Assembly (NCBI GenBank): GCA_964195905.1
Contig: CAXMQV010000128.1
Location: 459 to 64,458, forward strand
Length of the DNA stretch: 64,000 nucleotides
DNA from: an uncultured Gammaproteobacteria bacterium
GTDB taxonomy: Bacteria; Actinomycetota; Acidimicrobiia; Spongiisociales; SHLN01
Direction of reading: 5' to 3'
The translations under genes were made by a program, and so were the position numbers. Under the pieces are notes generated by a model, which had not been told where the DNA came from, made no database searches, and was given only the letters and a program-made list of their open reading frames with translations. Positions 34,912-44,993 of the stretch are shown piece by piece; within the stretch, counting starts at the first letter, position 1; the number at the start of each line of letters is the position of its first letter.

Positions 34912-36051
34912 GTGCGAGAATCCCCTCCGACCACCATGTATGTTCCCGCCCGACTCTCATATGCGTTGCGTCCGGGAGCGCCACCGGGCATCCTCGTCGC
35001 CGCCGCCGCGGTCGCGTTCATGTTCGGCGCCACCCCGTTTCTCATTCCGGAGGTGGCGGCCCATTTCGACGTGTCCCAGGGCCTGGCCGGAGGCATCTCA
35101 GTCGCCCAGGTGGGTGCATTCGCGACCGTCAACATCGCCCTTCCCAAGCTGGTGCAGCCTTCCGGACGACTGCTCATCGTCGCCGGGGGCGGATTGGTCA
35201 TCGCCAACATTTTCAGCGCGTTCGCTCCCGGCTTCGCCGTTCTGCTTGCCCTGCGAGCCGGCGCCGGCGCGGCGGCCGGCACGCTCACCTGGATCGCGTG
35301 GACCGATGCCATGCGCCGGCCCCGGTCCCTGTCATCGCTGGCCTCTGCTGGGCCCGTCACTGCTCTCGTCGGCGCACCGCTCCTTTCGCTGATTGCCGAA
35401 CTCGGTGACCGGGCCGTCTATCTGGCGCTGGCCGCGGCGGCGATTCCCATTGTGTTCATGAAGTTCAATCCCGGCGTAGCCACCCGGACGCAGACGGTCA
35501 GCAAATCCCGTTCCAACCGAATCCTCCTGGCCGCGCTCTTCCTGCAGGTTCTGGCGGGCTCGGCTCTCTTCGTCTTCCTGGCCGTGGCCGCTCGCGAGGA
35601 GCTCGGCCTGAGCCCGGTGGCGGCATCGCTGGCGTTCAGCCTCAACGCTCTCGGCGGCTTGATCGGCGCCCGCTTGTCGGCCCGGCATCGCCGGCCGGGA
35701 TTGTGGCTGGCGACATCAGGCATAGCGGCCTTCCTGACGATCGGCGGTGGCCACCCGGTATGGTTCTTCGCCGGATTGTTCTGGTGGGGACTGGCATTCT
35801 GGATGGGGATCCCCGGGGTGCTCCAGATGCTGTCAGAACGATCGATCGAGCCCGGGGAGCGAGCGGGCGATGCCCAGGCCGTCATGGCGATCGGCCGGAC
35901 GATCGGCCCAATCATCGGCGGCGGCTTCACCGATGCAGGAGCCTTTACCGGCCTCGCCATCATCGCCGGTGTCGGCATGGCTACATCGGGACTGACAGTG
36001 GCAGGGGTACAGGAAGGGCGAGAGCTGCTCCCGCCCACCGACCCGCAGTGA
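34912..36051 (+). CDS. MFS transporter
   Basis: 379 aa, 10-12 hydrophobic spans, Ala/Gly/Leu-rich. Confidence 0.8.
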   Translation: MRESPPTTMYVPARLSYALRPGAPPGILVAAAAVAFMFGATPFLIPEVAAHFDVSQGLAGGISVAQVGAFATVNIALPKLVQPSGRLLIVAGGGLVIANIFSAFAPGFAVLLALRAGAGAAAGTLTWIAWTDAMRRPRSLSSLASAGPVTALVGAPLLSLIAELGDRAVYLALAAAAIPIVFMKFNPGVATRTQTVSKSRSNRILLAALFLQVLAGSALFVFLAVAAREELGLSPVAASLAFSLNALGGLIGARLSARHRRPGLWLATSGIAAFLTIGGGHPVWFFAGLFWWGLAFWMGIPGVLQMLSERSIEPGERAGDAQAVMAIGRTIGPIIGGGFTDAGAFTGLAIIAGVGMATSGLTVAGVQEGRELLPPTDPQ

Positions 36052-36072
36052 AGGGCCGATGGGACCCTGGTG

Positions 36073-36549
36073 CTAGGAGACGTCGCCCAGGTAGACAGGC
36101 TTGACCACCGTCCGGTCGGTCAGGAAGGCGTTCAGCGCCGGTTTGATCGCCGCTGGATGCAACGGCGTGTCCGCCAGTTGGCTGGCGCCTACCCATTCGA
36201 TTCCGATCTGATAGCTGTCGAGCTCATGGGCTTCGACGACCGCGGCTCCGGCCAACGTACAGTGAAAGAGAAGGTCGACCGCGTGGAAGCCGGGCGGTGA
36301 GAGGTGCCCGAAACGATGGTTGGCCGCGATGTAGTCACGGACCCAGAGCAGCTCGCGTACCTCGACTGAGTAACCGGTCTCCTCTCGCGTCTCCCGGATC
36401 ACGGCTTGCTCGAGTGTCTCACCGGGCCGGATCCCTCCACCCGGCAGTTCATAGAAATCGCCGATCGTCTCGTGCCTGAGGTGGGTGAGCAGCACCCGGT
36501 CCTCTTCTACCAGCACCGCCCGGGCCGAAGGACGCACCGGGCGGGTCAC
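36073..36549 (-). CDS. NUDIX hydrolase
   Basis: Nudix box GGGIRPGETLEQAVIRETREETG. The start overlaps the sbcC stop by 4 nt. Confidence 0.9.
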   Translation of the reverse strand: MTRPVRPSARAVLVEEDRVLLTHLRHETIGDFYELPGGGIRPGETLEQAVIRETREETGYSVEVRELLWVRDYIAANHRFGHLSPPGFHAVDLLFHCTLAGAAVVEAHELDSYQIGIEWVGASQLADTPLHPAAIKPALNAFLTDRTVVKPVYLGDVS

Positions 36550-39059
36550 GCCCGAACCACGATTGTGTCGCCGGTTACCGGATCATTGTCCAGCTCGATG
36601 AGGTCCTCGACCCGGTCCCGCAGCTGCGGAACGTGGCTGACGACGGCCACGAGACGGTTGCCTCCGACGAGTGCCTCGATACCTTCCATCGCCAGGTCGA
36701 GGTGCTCTGGGTCGAGACTCCCGAAGCCCTCGTCGAGGAAGAAGGCGTCGAGACGCCCCCCGCTTCGGGTCACCATCTCGGCGAGCGCCAGGGCCAGGGA
36801 GAGCGACGCCAGGAAGGTCTCCCCACCCGAGAGGGACTCGGCCCGTCGCTCGGCTTCGGCGGCGCTCAGATCGGCGACGTCGAACTCGCCGTCTGTCGTG
36901 AAGCGGTAGCGACCCCGGGTCATCCGTTCGAAGTGTTCGCTACCGAGCTCTGCCAGGGCCCGTCGTTCCTCATCGAGGATGAACTTCAGAAACCGGGCCG
37001 GCAGCAAGTCAGCGGCGAGGGTGGTGTAAGTATCGAGCCGGGCCACGGCCTCGGCCGAGCCGGCTTCCAATTCCTCGAATTTCGCGATGCGGGTCGCCAG
37101 GGCCGAGACCTCCCCAGCCAGCCTGCCGTGCTCGGCGGCCGCTTGCTGTTGGGCCTCTGCGATCGTCTCATCACCCTCCAGCCCGAGGCCGCTCCGAACC
37201 AGAGAAAGCTCCGAGGCCGACCCAGCCTCCCGGGACCCGGCCGCTTCCCGCTCGGCCGTCGTCTCATCGTTGGCCGCTTCCCACAGTTGTCGGAGCCCGT
37301 CGAGCGACTCGGCGAGCTCGCCGGGCGTGGCTCCCGGGCGAAGGTCACCGCCGAGCTGTCCGGCCAGGGTGGCCACGGTTGTGGCGAGCGTGACGAGCTC
37401 GGTCGACACCCTCCCCTGGCCCGATCTCAACTCCTCGAGAGCCGCCCGGGCGGCGGCTTCGCGTCCGCTGCTCGCCTCGACCAGAGCGCTGGACTCCGCC
37501 AGCGTGCGGCGGCGGGATTCCATCTCGGTGATCGGGTCCTCTCCCGGCACCAGCTCGGCCAGCTCCGTCGCCAGAACGATGTCGCTTGATTGGGTCTCGG
37601 TCAGCTCCTGGCGAGCATCAGACTCCATCTGTTTGGCCGACTCGAGAGCTGAGGCACGCAACGCCACCTCGGCGACGGCTCCGGCTCGAACGGTGGCGGC
37701 CGCCGTGTGCGCTTCCCGGGCGTCGTTGAGGGCTGCCCGAACTTGCCGGGACACCTTCTCGGCCCGCTCAAGGGCCGCCACCTTCCCGGGCGGCGGGACC
37801 GTGGTCACCGTCTGCGCACAGACCGGACAGGTGTCGCCTGCGGCGATCTCCTTCCGGAGGGCAACGGCCATCGATTCATGGCGGGCCGCGTGGAGGGCAG
37901 CATCGGCTTCATCGACCGCTCGGCTCGCCTCCGCCTGCGCCACCCTGGTGGACTCCTCGGCTTCGCCGTCGGCAACAGCCTTCGCCTCGGCGGTCGCAAG
38001 GTCGTCGACGGCTCGCTGAGTCCGGGCTGCGGCGGTCCCGGCGTGCTCGGCCAGCACCTCGAGCCGTTTGGTGAGATCTGCCTTCCGGTCAATGAGCCCG
38101 GCCACCTTTGCGATCACCTCGGGACCTCCCGTCTGCTTCACCGCCTCGGCATGGTGACGGCGGGCTGCCTCGAGCTCGGCAGTCGTTTCGGAAAGAGCGC
38201 CAGCGGCGGCCTCGAGCAACTCCGAGCCGGCGATGGCCCGGTCGAGCAGCCCGGCGGTCTGTTTACGAGCCGGCAGCTGAGCCGCTATGTCCTTGAGCTC
38301 ACCGAGCCGGCGCTCGGCGCGTTCGACGTCGCGGCGTCCCGTTTCGGCGGCCGCTTCCAGCTCGCCGGCTCTGGTGCGGCTGGCATCGAGCTCGGCCGAT
38401 CGAAGGCGGGCCGCTTCGAGGGCGGGCTCGGTACTTCGAAGAGCCTCCCGATCGGTCTCGACCTCCCCCCGAAGCCGTTCGAGGTCGGCCAATTGGCCGC
38501 GCAGGTCGTCCCGCCGGTCCTTGGCGACTGCGGCCATCTGATCTAGCCGGTCGAACCCGAACACACCCTTGAGCACCGCGTCGCGCTGGGCGGCCGTCGC
38601 CTGGAGGAATTCGGCGAACCGGTTCTGGGCCAGGAAGACAGAGCGGTTGAATGCATCGAAGTCGAGGCCGAGCAGCTCATCGATGCGGGAAGTCATCGCC
38701 CGCTCTCCCGTCACCTCCTCGAGGCGCTCGGATTCGGGGTCGGCCTCGATGTGCCGGTAGAGGTTGTGGGCACTTTGGCCCCTTCGCCGCAGGGCGCGCA
38801 CCGCCCTCCAGATCTCTCCCTCGACCTCGAACCAGAGCTCGACGTGGGCAGAGGCGCCCCGCTGATTGATGAGGTCCTTTGTCTTGCTCCCGGCCCGGGG
38901 AGTCTTTCCGTAGAGGGCGAAGGCAATTCCGTCGAGCAGAGATGACTTGCCGGATCCGATCGGCCCGACGACGCCGAGCAGGTGGCGATCTCGAAAGTCG
39001 AAGGTATGCCGTGCGGCATAGGACTGGAAGCCCTGCAGTGTGAGCTCAAGGGGCCGCAT
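36546..39059 (-). CDS. sbcC: SbcC/Rad50-like SMC-family ATPase
   Basis: Walker A GPIGSGKSSLLD, long coiled coil with CPVC zinc-hook (..AAGDTCPVCAQTV..), signature LSGGETFLASLSLALAL, Walker B AFFLDEGFGSLD. Confidence 0.9.
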   Translation of the reverse strand: MRPLELTLQGFQSYAARHTFDFRDRHLLGVVGPIGSGKSSLLDGIAFALYGKTPRAGSKTKDLINQRGASAHVELWFEVEGEIWRAVRALRRRGQSAHNLYRHIEADPESERLEEVTGERAMTSRIDELLGLDFDAFNRSVFLAQNRFAEFLQATAAQRDAVLKGVFGFDRLDQMAAVAKDRRDDLRGQLADLERLRGEVETDREALRSTEPALEAARLRSAELDASRTRAGELEAAAETGRRDVERAERRLGELKDIAAQLPARKQTAGLLDRAIAGSELLEAAAGALSETTAELEAARRHHAEAVKQTGGPEVIAKVAGLIDRKADLTKRLEVLAEHAGTAAARTQRAVDDLATAEAKAVADGEAEESTRVAQAEASRAVDEADAALHAARHESMAVALRKEIAAGDTCPVCAQTVTTVPPPGKVAALERAEKVSRQVRAALNDAREAHTAAATVRAGAVAEVALRASALESAKQMESDARQELTETQSSDIVLATELAELVPGEDPITEMESRRRTLAESSALVEASSGREAAARAALEELRSGQGRVSTELVTLATTVATLAGQLGGDLRPGATPGELAESLDGLRQLWEAANDETTAEREAAGSREAGSASELSLVRSGLGLEGDETIAEAQQQAAAEHGRLAGEVSALATRIAKFEELEAGSAEAVARLDTYTTLAADLLPARFLKFILDEERRALAELGSEHFERMTRGRYRFTTDGEFDVADLSAAEAERRAESLSGGETFLASLSLALALAEMVTRSGGRLDAFFLDEGFGSLDPEHLDLAMEGIEALVGGNRLVAVVSHVPQLRDRVEDLIELDNDPVTGDTIVVRA

Positions 39060-40215
39060 GGCTCACCTCGTCCTCGACCTCCCGGAAGGCGGCCAGCAGT
39101 TGCTCGAGAGCGGGTTCCCCATGCTGCTGCTGGTAGTACTCGGCGTATATGTCCTCCCAGGCGAGGTGGCTGTATGACACCTGGTCGGTGGCTGCCCGCT
39201 CGTAGACGGCGGCCACCTTCACGAGGTGCGGGAAGACATCCCGGGCGAGGGCGTCGAGGCCGGGCTCCGGTCCATCGGTGTCGACCCGCAGATCAAGGTA
39301 GCAATCAGCCAGATCCTCGCGGTCGCCGATCTCTTCCCAGGTCCCCGAAACCTGCATGAGCCGGCGGCCCGCCGTCAGCGGGACGCTCTGCACGCCAGCA
39401 AGCTTCCCGGGCTCGGCGTCGACAATGACTACGCGTTTCTGCTCGCCCGCTTCTCCGAAGTCGAGCTCGAGCAGGGACCCGGCGTACTCGGCAGGCACGT
39501 TCGCCCCCGGAACCGGCTGGGGGGCATGGATGTGACCCATCGCCACATAACTCAGAGACGGTGGGATGGCCCCCTCCCCAACCGCGTAGGCCTCCCCCAT
39601 ATGGAGCTCCCGCTCACCCCGCGGTGCTCCGTGCCCGCCCACCCGGGCGCCGGTGATCATGAAGTGAGCAACGAGCAGCGAGACGGCATCGGTCCCGGCC
39701 TCCTCGATGAGATATTCGGAGTAGGCCTCGGTCAGGCGCCGAACCCGGTCGGCATATTGGCCATACCAGCGGTCGGTGTCTGCCATGAAGTCGACAACCC
39801 GGCCCTCGCGTAGGAAGGGAAGGCACGCCACGAGCGCGTTGCCGGCACCGGTTTCCAGCCGCAGCACCCCTCCATCGGCCGGGGACTTGATGGCTCCGAC
39901 GAGATGAATCCCCCACCCGGCGAGAAACGGCGCCAGGGCCTCGAACAGGTCGCTCGAATCGTGATTGCCTGCCACCACGACGACGGGACGGGCCCCGCCG
40001 CCGCTGAGTCGCACCAGTCCGGCCAGTCCGACCTGGAGCGCCTCCATGGGTGGCACCGGCCGGTCGAAGAGGTCGCCGGAGTGGACAACCAGATCGACAG
40101 CTTGGGCGTCGGCAATCGAAGCAACCTCTTCAATCGCCTGGCGCGTCTCCTCGATCCGGTCGTAACGGCCGAGGCGCTTGCCGACGTGCCAGTCGGAGGT
40201 GTGGAGGATCCGCAC
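39046..40215 (-). CDS. sbcD: SbcD/Mre11-like nuclease
   Basis: MRILHTSDWHVGKRL.., ..VVHSGDLFD.., ..VVAGNHDS.., ..GHIH.. are calcineurin-like phosphoesterase motifs of SbcD. Confidence 0.9.
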   Translation of the reverse strand: MRILHTSDWHVGKRLGRYDRIEETRQAIEEVASIADAQAVDLVVHSGDLFDRPVPPMEALQVGLAGLVRLSGGGARPVVVVAGNHDSSDLFEALAPFLAGWGIHLVGAIKSPADGGVLRLETGAGNALVACLPFLREGRVVDFMADTDRWYGQYADRVRRLTEAYSEYLIEEAGTDAVSLLVAHFMITGARVGGHGAPRGERELHMGEAYAVGEGAIPPSLSYVAMGHIHAPQPVPGANVPAEYAGSLLELDFGEAGEQKRVVIVDAEPGKLAGVQSVPLTAGRRLMQVSGTWEEIGDREDLADCYLDLRVDTDGPEPGLDALARDVFPHLVKVAAVYERAATDQVSYSHLAWEDIYAEYYQQQHGEPALEQLLAAFREVEDEVSHAAP

Positions 40216-41943
40216 CTATAGACCCTCGAAGGGGTCGCCGTCGGGCACCACTTCCTCCTTGCGGGTTGCCCATGGCGGGAACGGAAAGTCGACCACAAGC
40301 GGGATCGGGATGGCCGGTTGACTCACCACCATCGTGCCCGGTTTCAACAACCGTGCCCGCGCCCGGGTCGACGGCAGCATCCAGCCATACTCGGCTCGTT
40401 CTGCTTCGGCGGCATCGAGGCGGCCGGCCACTTTGAGGGCGGCGTTCTCCATGACTTCCTGGGCCACCCGGGAGGCCGACTGCTGGGCACCGACCAGCAG
40501 CACGCCGAGCGACCGGCCCCGCTGGGCGATGTCGATAAGCATGTCCTTGATGGGGCTCTGACCCTCGCGGGGGGCGTATTTGTTCAACTCGTCGAGGACG
40601 ATGACCGACAGCGGGAAACGCTGTCCGCTGCGCTCCTTTTCGGCGAAGGTCTCGGCCAGAAGCGCCCCAACCACGAACCGCTGGCCGAGGTCATGCAACG
40701 ACTGGATCCCGACCACAGTGACCTGGGCACCCGATCGATCGATCCGGCGACTCTCGCCCGCCCTGATGAGGTGGCCGAGGCGGCTGGCACCGGCATGGAC
40801 CCGTCGCATGAAGGCTGAGACGGTGCCGGCCTGAACCCGGCCGGTCCAACGGGTATCGGGCTCGCCGTCAGGTGGATCGACAAACTCCTCGATGGCTTCC
40901 GACAGCGACTTGAGGTCACGGATGACGATCTCACCCTTGCCGGCGGTCACGACATCGCCCGGTTTGTGTCCTTCGATCGGGTCTCGCAATACGACGGCTC
41001 CCGGCTCGCCTGCCACGTCGACGGCGTAGCGCTGGAGTTGAGCTTCGACCCGCTCTTCGATAAACGGGATCTGGTTGCGGGTGTCGGAGGCGTCGGTGAA
41101 CAGGAAACGCAGTAAGCCCTCGTCGATGAATTCACGAGGGGTCCAGGCGAACGCTTCGACCCCCTCCTGGCGCCCACCGATGTCGGGCACAACCACGTCT
41201 CCCGAGCGCGGCCGGGGCGGAGCCCAGAAGGCAACCGAATCAAACGGGGTTGGTTCGACGCCGAGCACGTCCCATCCGGCCGCCGCCGCCTCGGTGAAGT
41301 CCTTGTTGCGTTTATCGAGCCACAGGAGGTCCTCACCTTTCACGTTGAAGACGAGGACCCGCAGGTTGGCGGCTCCCTCGCCGACTACTTCGGGCTTGGA
41401 GGTGAGCATTCGGAGGAAGAAGAGAGCGAAGCTGGTCTTGGTGGCGACGCCGCTAATGCCGGAAATCGACATATGGCCGCCCTTGCGGCCGTCGAAGAAA
41501 TCGAGATCGACGAACATCGGCTCCCCGTCTCGCCCAAGACCGATGGCCAGCGGGCGGCCCATTTCATCGGTGTAGAGCGCTTTGTGGCGCTCCAGTCCGG
41601 TCGCCCGACGAACCACCTCGCCGGGATCGGGCGACACCCACAGCTCGGGATCGACGCGGGTGATGGCAATCTGGGCGGACCGCACTTTGGCACCGGGCAG
41701 GATGCCCTCGGCGGCGATGCGGTGGGTGTCGGATTCGAAGGTGGCACCCTCGTAGACGGCTTCGGACTCGGTGACCACGCCGTAGGTCTTCACCACGCCG
41801 AACTTGGGGACATCGGTCGAGACGACGACGAGGTCGTCGAGTTGGAGATACTCGTCGTCTTCGAGCACGACCCGGAACTCGCGGGTGGAGGTGTGCTGGG
41901 TGCCGAGAACCCGGCCAACCCCCTTCTCTGTATTGTCGGTCAT
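40216..41943 (-). CDS. herA: HerA-like FtsK/HerA-superfamily ATPase
   Basis: 575 aa, N-terminal barrel-like region, P-loop region ..HMSISGISGVATKTSFALFFL.., Walker B ..SVIVLDELNKYAP.., ..LLVGAQQSAS... Directly abuts sbcD. Confidence 0.8.
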   Translation of the reverse strand: MTDNTEKGVGRVLGTQHTSTREFRVVLEDDEYLQLDDLVVVSTDVPKFGVVKTYGVVTESEAVYEGATFESDTHRIAAEGILPGAKVRSAQIAITRVDPELWVSPDPGEVVRRATGLERHKALYTDEMGRPLAIGLGRDGEPMFVDLDFFDGRKGGHMSISGISGVATKTSFALFFLRMLTSKPEVVGEGAANLRVLVFNVKGEDLLWLDKRNKDFTEAAAAGWDVLGVEPTPFDSVAFWAPPRPRSGDVVVPDIGGRQEGVEAFAWTPREFIDEGLLRFLFTDASDTRNQIPFIEERVEAQLQRYAVDVAGEPGAVVLRDPIEGHKPGDVVTAGKGEIVIRDLKSLSEAIEEFVDPPDGEPDTRWTGRVQAGTVSAFMRRVHAGASRLGHLIRAGESRRIDRSGAQVTVVGIQSLHDLGQRFVVGALLAETFAEKERSGQRFPLSVIVLDELNKYAPREGQSPIKDMLIDIAQRGRSLGVLLVGAQQSASRVAQEVMENAALKVAGRLDAAEAERAEYGWMLPSTRARARLLKPGTMVVSQPAIPIPLVVDFPFPPWATRKEEVVPDGDPFEGL

Positions 41944-41974
41944 GCTTCCTCCAGCGCTCCGGCCATTATGGCGG

Positions 41975-42916
41975 TCACGTGGCCACCCGCATGGTTGCTT
42001 CCCGCAATGCCCGGTAGATGATGTGCTGGTCGCCGAGCCGGGCCCTGAGTTGCTTCTCGAGCGCTCCGATGGGGACGAGGTTCTGGGGTGCTCGCGGGTC
42101 GATGTGCGGCTCGGAGGCGAAGCGGGGTAACAAGGCGGCGGTGCGGTCGGCCAGCACCTTCACCTTTTCGAGGGACAGCGACCCGGGGGCCTCGCACCGC
42201 ACGATTCCCGACCAGCTGTGCCCTCCCGCCGGGCGGGTGAGACGGAGGTACCAGGAGTAACGCTTGTAGCTCGGCATCCCGAAAAGCGGCGTGCGCTGGC
42301 CCGGCTCGATTCGCCCCATGATGGGAGCGACCTCCGGCGGTAGATAGGACACCCGGTGGCTTTTGATGTAGCCGACGACCGACTCGGCCGCCAGCTCAGA
42401 AATCGGACCATCGGCGACGACGAAGTAGCCGGCCCGTGCCAGATCGAGCGCGATCTCCGCCTCGGCCCGGCGCATCTGGGTGTGGAAGTGCGATACGAGC
42501 ATGCCGGGATCCGAGCTTCCGACCGATTCGGTCCGATAGGAGAGGCCGTGGCTGAGCGGAGGGATATCCGAGGCCGCTCCCTCGGTGAAGATGGCGAGGC
42601 GCTCGACCCGGACCGCTTCGATCTCGGAACGGGGCGGGTCGCGGCGCCACAGGGTCGCTCCGGCCGCGAACGAACCACAGATCCCCGGAATGGGTCCCAC
42701 GCTCGGGTCATCGATGGTGAGCCGGGCATCGACACGGCGAATTCCGTCAACGAACGCTATGGCGGGGAAGCCGTCATCGTGACCGTCGATCGGCTCCCAA
42801 TCGCCCGTGACCTCCACTCCGGTGTCGATCTGTCCGGCGGCAGGCGCCAGCGACTCATCGGTGTCTACGGACGCTCCATATTCGGGCGACCATTCCTCGA
42901 CATAGAGACGGGCCAT
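41975..42916 (-). CDS. nurA: NurA-like nuclease
   Basis: 313 aa immediately upstream of herA. ..IAFVDGIRRVD.. and later acidic/His positions are consistent with a NurA domain. The call leans on herA adjacency. Confidence 0.65.
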   Translation of the reverse strand: MARLYVEEWSPEYGASVDTDESLAPAAGQIDTGVEVTGDWEPIDGHDDGFPAIAFVDGIRRVDARLTIDDPSVGPIPGICGSFAAGATLWRRDPPRSEIEAVRVERLAIFTEGAASDIPPLSHGLSYRTESVGSSDPGMLVSHFHTQMRRAEAEIALDLARAGYFVVADGPISELAAESVVGYIKSHRVSYLPPEVAPIMGRIEPGQRTPLFGMPSYKRYSWYLRLTRPAGGHSWSGIVRCEAPGSLSLEKVKVLADRTAALLPRFASEPHIDPRAPQNLVPIGALEKQLRARLGDQHIIYRALREATMRVAT

Positions 42917-43087
42917 CGTGAGCGATGGTAACGGGAGCGTGGGACATGGAGTGTTCTCAATCCGACCGCGACCAACCGCCGGACTGAACGGGCCAATGGA
43001 TCGCGCAGAGCTCCTCGATTCACCGGCGCCGAGAAGGTAACCGGGGGCGTCAACGGGAAGTCAAACGAGCGACCGGTAACCCGAACA

Positions 43088-44548
43088 ATGGGGAAACGCC
43101 CGCCTACGATTGCCATGTTGAACAACCTTCCAACCATCATTCAAGGCGGCATGGGCGTTGCCGTCTCCGGCTGGCAACTCGCCAATGCCGTTTCCTCCGA
43201 GGGCCAGCTCGGCGTCGTGTCGGGCACTGCCCTCGACGTGGTGCTCGCCCGACGCCTTCAACGCGGCGATGAGGGCGGCCATATGCGCCGGGCACTCGAA
43301 GCCTTCCCGGTACCCGAAGTGGCCGGCCGTATCGTCGACCGGTACTTCGTGCCAGACGGAACCCCCCATGGGGTCCGGCTCGGGACCAAACCGATGCACA
43401 AGATGCAACAGTCGCGGCACGTCGAGGAGCTTCTCGTCGCCTCCAACTTCGTCGAGGTGTTTCTCGCCAAAGAGGGGCACGGCAATCCGGTCGGCATAAA
43501 CTATCTCGAGAAGGTCCAGATCCCCACGCTCCCCTCTCTGTATGGGGCAATGCTGGCCGGCGTCGACTACGTACTCATAGGGGCCGGCATCCCCCGCGCC
43601 ATCCCGGGAATCCTCGACCGCCTATCGGTCGGGCTCGGGGTGGAGCTGAAGATCGACGTGAAGGGGGCCACCGGGGAGGATGACCCGTACACCCGCTTTG
43701 ATCCGGGCGAGTTCACAAACGGCGTGCTCCCTCAGGTTGCTCGACCGGCCTTTCTGGCCATTGTGTCCTCGCATATCCTCGCCACGATGCTGGCTAAGAA
43801 AGTCGAGGCGCGGGTGGACGGCTTCGTCGTGGAAGCTCCAACCGCCGGTGGGCACAACGCCCCGCCCCGGGGCCGTGGCGAGCTCACCGAAGACGGTGAA
43901 CCCCTGTACGGCGATCGAGATGTCCCCGACCTCGAGGTCATACGCGACCTGGGCCTCCCCTTCTGGCTGGCCGGCTCCCGCGCCGAGCCCGAGCAAGTCG
44001 TCGAAGCCCTCGAACTGGGCGCCACCGGCGTGCAAGTGGGAACGGCCTTTGCCTTCTGCGAGGAGTCCGGGTTCGAAGGCAAGATCAAGCGAACTGTTCT
44101 TGAATTGAGCGAGGCAGGGACGGCCCGGGTGTTCACCGATCCGGTTGCCTCTCCGACCGGCTTTCCGTTCAAGGTCGTGCAGCTGGACGACACGATCGCC
44201 ACCGACGAGGCTTACCAGGCCCGGCCCCGCACATGCGATCTCGGTTACCTCCGGAGCGCCTACCGCCGCGACGACGGATCAATCGGATGGCGGTGCGCAT
44301 CCGAGCCGGTGGAGGACTTCCTGGACAAGGGCGGGGCGATCGAAGACACCGTAGGCCGCAAATGCCTCTGCAACGCCTTGATGGCGAACGTCGGCCTCGG
44401 CCAAACCCAGACGAACGGATATGTCGAGCCCAGGCTCATCACCTCGGGCGACGACATTGCCGGCGTGGCCCGCTTCCTCCGTCCGGGGGCGGACACTTAC
44501 CGGGCCGCCGACGTGCTCGACTACCTACTCCCCGACCGCAGGCGATAG
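43088..44548 (+). CDS. Nitronate monooxygenase-family flavin oxidoreductase (long, PfaD-like form)
   Basis: ..IIQGGMGVAVSGWQLANAVSSEGQLGVVSG.., ..VVEAPTAGGHN.., ..GATGVQVGTAF.. are NMO/2-nitropropane dioxygenase motifs. Confidence 0.85.
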   Translation: MGKRPPTIAMLNNLPTIIQGGMGVAVSGWQLANAVSSEGQLGVVSGTALDVVLARRLQRGDEGGHMRRALEAFPVPEVAGRIVDRYFVPDGTPHGVRLGTKPMHKMQQSRHVEELLVASNFVEVFLAKEGHGNPVGINYLEKVQIPTLPSLYGAMLAGVDYVLIGAGIPRAIPGILDRLSVGLGVELKIDVKGATGEDDPYTRFDPGEFTNGVLPQVARPAFLAIVSSHILATMLAKKVEARVDGFVVEAPTAGGHNAPPRGRGELTEDGEPLYGDRDVPDLEVIRDLGLPFWLAGSRAEPEQVVEALELGATGVQVGTAFAFCEESGFEGKIKRTVLELSEAGTARVFTDPVASPTGFPFKVVQLDDTIATDEAYQARPRTCDLGYLRSAYRRDDGSIGWRCASEPVEDFLDKGGAIEDTVGRKCLCNALMANVGLGQTQTNGYVEPRLITSGDDIAGVARFLRPGADTYRAADVLDYLLPDRRR

Positions 44549-44600
44549 GCGCCACCTGGCAACCAACTCGGTGGGAATCCGCGGATGTACCGCCGCCCGA

Positions 44601-44930
44601 TCAGCCCCTGCGAAGCAGCGTGAGCAGCATCACGCTCGGTTCGAGGGCGAGAACCGCATGGGTGAGGTTTGCCTCCATGCGCACCCACGAGCCTGCCTCG
44701 AGCTCGACTGCCTCTCCCGCCATATCGAGGCGGATCCGACCAGAGACGACCTGTACGAGTGCCGGCACCGCCGCCGTGTGGTCGGTCAACTCCTGTCCGC
44801 TATCGAATGCGAACACGACGACCCGGATCAGGTCATCGCGGTACAGAGTCCGGCTGAGCGTTCCGTCTTCGGGTATCTCAACCTCGGCGGCGAGATCAAG
44901 GAACACGGTGGAGCGAGCATCAGATGTCAT
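44601..44930 (-). CDS. Cupin domain protein
   Basis: 109 aa after trimming to the ATG at 44930. ..VVVFAFDSGQELTDHTAAVPALVQVVSGRIRLDMAGEAVELEAGSWVRMEANLTHAV.. is cupin_2-like. Confidence 0.7.
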   Translation of the reverse strand: MTSDARSTVFLDLAAEVEIPEDGTLSRTLYRDDLIRVVVFAFDSGQELTDHTAAVPALVQVVSGRIRLDMAGEAVELEAGSWVRMEANLTHAVLALEPSVMLLTLLRRG

Positions 44931-44993
44931 GGCCACCCACCCTACCGAGCGTACTCGTCGCGGTAGCTCGCCCGATCGCGATACAGTCCAGCC

